This document shows, one piece after another, positions 48,390 to 50,821 of a DNA stretch of 50,821 bases. The DNA lies in assembly GCA_913048135.1 (NCBI GenBank), contig CAJWVY010000003.1, positions 1 through 50,821 on the forward strand. Direction: 5' to 3'. Origin of the DNA: an uncultured Verrucomicrobiales bacterium. Its GTDB lineage: Bacteria > Verrucomicrobiota > Verrucomicrobiia > Limisphaerales > UBA1100. A model generated the notes under the pieces. That model was not told the DNA's origin. It saw only the letters and a program-made list of their open reading frames with translations, and ran no database searches. Numbering within the stretch: the first letter of the stretch is position 1; the number at the start of each line of letters is the position of its first letter. The translations under genes and the position numbers were made by a program.

Positions 48390-50096
48390 ATGCGCTGGAG
48401 CGAGACGTTTATTCCCACGCTGAAAGAGGCCCCTGCCGAGGCGGAGATCCTTTCGCATCAACTCCTATTGCGAGCCGGACTGGTTCGCAAACTTGCCGGG
48501 GGCCTGTATACTTTTTTACCAGCCGGCGTGCGGGTGCTGCACAAGATCGAGGCAATCGTGCGTGAGGAAATGGAACGGGCAGGCGCACTTGAAGTTCTTA
48601 TGCCTGCGGTCCAACCACCGGAGATCTGGCAGGCCAGCGGACGTTACGAGCAGGCCGCGGATGTTCTTTTCAAGGTCGCTGACAGCAAGGGGCGCGAATG
48701 GCTACTGGGGCCCACGCACGAGGAGGTTGTCACTTCCATGGCTGCCGTAGAACTTAATTCTTACCGGCAATTGCCCATCAATTTTTATCAGGTGCAAACG
48801 AAGTTTCGTGATGAAATCCGCCCCCGCTTCGGCCTCATGCGGGCGCGCGAATTCATTATGAAGGATGCTTATAGCTTCGACGCCACTGACGAGGCGGCTC
48901 TGATTAGTTACCAGAAAATGTACGATGCCTATGTGCGCATTTTTGAGCGATGCGGGGTTCAGGCGTTTCCGGTGGAGGCGGATACCGGCGTCATGGGTGG
49001 AAATCATTCGCATGAATTCATGATTCCGGCGCAGACCGGTGAAAGTGAAGTGGCGTACACCGAGGACGGCAATTACAGTGCCAATGTGGAAAAGGCCGGC
49101 AGCCAAGGGCCGTTGGCCGCCACTCCCAACCAATGCACTGGTGCTGTGGAAGAATTTGCCACGCCGGATGTTAAGACGATTGAAGATCTCGCTGGCGAGC
49201 CCTACGAAGTCCCTGCTGAGGCGCAAATTAAAACGCTGGTTTTCATTGCCGAAGACAAGCCGGTGATCGCCTTGATGCGCGGTGATGACGAGGCGAATGA
49301 GGCAAAGCTGGCAGTGGCGTTTGGGACGGCAATCTTCCGGCCCGCTGAAGCAGAGGAAATTCATGCAGCACTGGGCGCGCATCCTGGCAGCCTGGGCGCA
49401 GTGGGAGTGAATGGAATTCCTGTTTACGCTGACAGCCAGCTCAAACAGGCCGCCGGCATGACTACCGGGGCGAATAAGGACGGCTTTCACATTCGGAATG
49501 TGAACGTGGCTCGCGACTTGTCGCAGGTTCAGTTTCTGGATTTACGCACAGTCCGGGAAGGCGAGCTGAGCGCTGAAGGTCAGCCGCTGAAAATTCGGCG
49601 GGCAATTGAAGTGGGGCACGTTTTTAAGCTCGGCACAAAATACAGTGAGGCGCTTGGGGCCAGTTTTCTGGACGAAGACGGTAAGGCGCAGGCGCCGGTA
49701 ATGGGCTGCTACGGGCTAGGCGTCACCCGCACCTTGCAGGCCATTATCGAATACAGCAACGATGACAATGGAATCGTGTGGCCCGCAGCCGTATCGCCCT
49801 GGCAGGTATGCATCACTGCTCTGGATGTGGAAGCCGATGGCGAAGTGATGCAGGTGGCCACGCAAATCCATGAAGAATTGAATACGGCTGGCATCGACAC
49901 AATTTTGGACGACCGCGAATTACGACCAGGCATTAAGTTCAAGGATTCCGAGCTAGTTGGCTTCCCTGTGCGTCTTGGTATTGGTGCCCGATCCCTTAAG
50001 GAAGGGAACGTGGAATTCACTCTACGTTCAGAAGGTGGGCGTGAAGCAGTGCCTGTTTCCGAAGCGGTGGCCCGCGTGAAGGCCGTTTTGGCCTAA
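48390..50096 (+). CDS. proS: Proline--tRNA ligase (bacterial type with editing domain)
   Basis: LGPTHEE, KFRDEIRPRFGLMRAREFIMKDAYSF, GANK, IEVGHVFKLGTKYS, MGCYG. Confidence 0.97.
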   Translation: MRWSETFIPTLKEAPAEAEILSHQLLLRAGLVRKLAGGLYTFLPAGVRVLHKIEAIVREEMERAGALEVLMPAVQPPEIWQASGRYEQAADVLFKVADSKGREWLLGPTHEEVVTSMAAVELNSYRQLPINFYQVQTKFRDEIRPRFGLMRAREFIMKDAYSFDATDEAALISYQKMYDAYVRIFERCGVQAFPVEADTGVMGGNHSHEFMIPAQTGESEVAYTEDGNYSANVEKAGSQGPLAATPNQCTGAVEEFATPDVKTIEDLAGEPYEVPAEAQIKTLVFIAEDKPVIALMRGDDEANEAKLAVAFGTAIFRPAEAEEIHAALGAHPGSLGAVGVNGIPVYADSQLKQAAGMTTGANKDGFHIRNVNVARDLSQVQFLDLRTVREGELSAEGQPLKIRRAIEVGHVFKLGTKYSEALGASFLDEDGKAQAPVMGCYGLGVTRTLQAIIEYSNDDNGIVWPAAVSPWQVCITALDVEADGEVMQVATQIHEELNTAGIDTILDDRELRPGIKFKDSELVGFPVRLGIGARSLKEGNVEFTLRSEGGREAVPVSEAVARVKAVLA

Positions 50097-50809
50097 TGTT
50101 TGAGCTTCTCCAAACCGATTCCGCTACCTCCGCCCGTCGCGGGCGCCTGCAAACGGCGCATGGCATCGTGGAAACGCCGATCTTCATGCCAGTGGGCACG
50201 CGTGCCACCGTGAAGACCTTGGATGGTGCCGATCTGAAGGCCCTGCAATCCCAGATCATTTTAGGCAATACCTATCACCTTAATCTCCGGCCCGGCATGG
50301 AAACTATTCGGGCTGCTGGTGGCTTGCACGCTTTCATGGGCTGGGATTTGCCTATCCTGACCGATAGCGGAGGCTTTCAGGTGTTTAGTTTGGCAAAGAT
50401 GGCAAAAATCCAGGAGGACGGCGTCGCCTTTCAATCACACATTGATGGTGCGCCGCTGTTTCTGGGCCCGCGCGAGGTCATGGCAATCCAAAGGGATCTG
50501 GCCAGTGATATTGCGATGGTCTTTGATGACTGCCCGCCGTATCCGGCTGATCGTGATCAGGTTCTAGGTGCGGTGGAACGCACAGCACGCTGGGCTCGAG
50601 AATGCCGCGATCAACCCAGAGCCGAAGGTCAGTTAGTTTTCGGGATCGTACAGGGCGGGTGTTATGAGGATTTACGTGAGCAAAGTGCGCGAGAAATTAC
50701 TGCTATTGATTTCGACGGTTACGCCATTGGCGGTCTTAGCGTCGGCGAGCCGGAGCCGGAGATGCTACTGCTGGCTGGGCCCTGGCTGCTGGCGCTGAGT
50801 CGGAGCTAG
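50096..50809 (+). CDS. tgt: tRNA-guanine transglycosylase, truncated (homology lost after ~50767)
   Basis: TPIFMPVGT, NTYHL, LTDSGGFQVFSL, FGIVQGG, GGLSVGE; then 13 non-homologous residues and a stop. The C-terminal third, including the Zn-binding domain, is missing. Confidence 0.9.
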   Translation: MFELLQTDSATSARRGRLQTAHGIVETPIFMPVGTRATVKTLDGADLKALQSQIILGNTYHLNLRPGMETIRAAGGLHAFMGWDLPILTDSGGFQVFSLAKMAKIQEDGVAFQSHIDGAPLFLGPREVMAIQRDLASDIAMVFDDCPPYPADRDQVLGAVERTARWARECRDQPRAEGQLVFGIVQGGCYEDLREQSAREITAIDFDGYAIGGLSVGEPEPEMLLLAGPWLLALSRS

Positions 50810-50821
50810 CGCATAGACCTG

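Noticed and set aside
48702-49490. Long antisense ORFs (also 38704-39423, 13299-13904, 5044-5628)
   Set aside because: Shadows of well-supported genes on the opposite strand, with no motifs of their own

Overview
Gene-dense bacterial housekeeping region, probably a Verrucomicrobiota (Pedosphaerales/Limisphaerales-like) chromosome; the taxonomy is inferred from protein style and gene content, not from a search. It holds about 45 CDS covering translation (argS, infC, infA, fmt, proS, tgt, rnd), cofactors (coaB, coaX, birA, nadC, nnr, thiH, thiS, folB), glycine/amino-acid metabolism (gcvT, gcvH, class V aminotransferase, argG, trpA) and envelope/transport (TonB-ExbBD, mscS, mgtE, TetR-OMF-MFP-RND, MFS), plus one tRNA-Ser(CGA). 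I found no CRISPR array, integrase or transposase. Both ends look chimeric: bases 1-~750 encode a eukaryotic WDR17-like WD40 fragment that cuts off pyrE (missing from the ORF track), and tgt is broken at ~50767. The most notable signals are: (1) a recurring -35/17 bp/-10/5-7 nt/start-codon layout suggesting widespread leaderless mRNAs; (2) an unannotated 57-codon membrane microprotein behind a perfect sigma-54 promoter; (3) an MFS transporter with a lipoyl/biotinyl-like insert in a predicted periplasmic loop, next to an RND pump with a PsrA-type operator; (4) a HAD phosphatase overlapping folB. I saw no clear novel multi-gene defence or mobile system.
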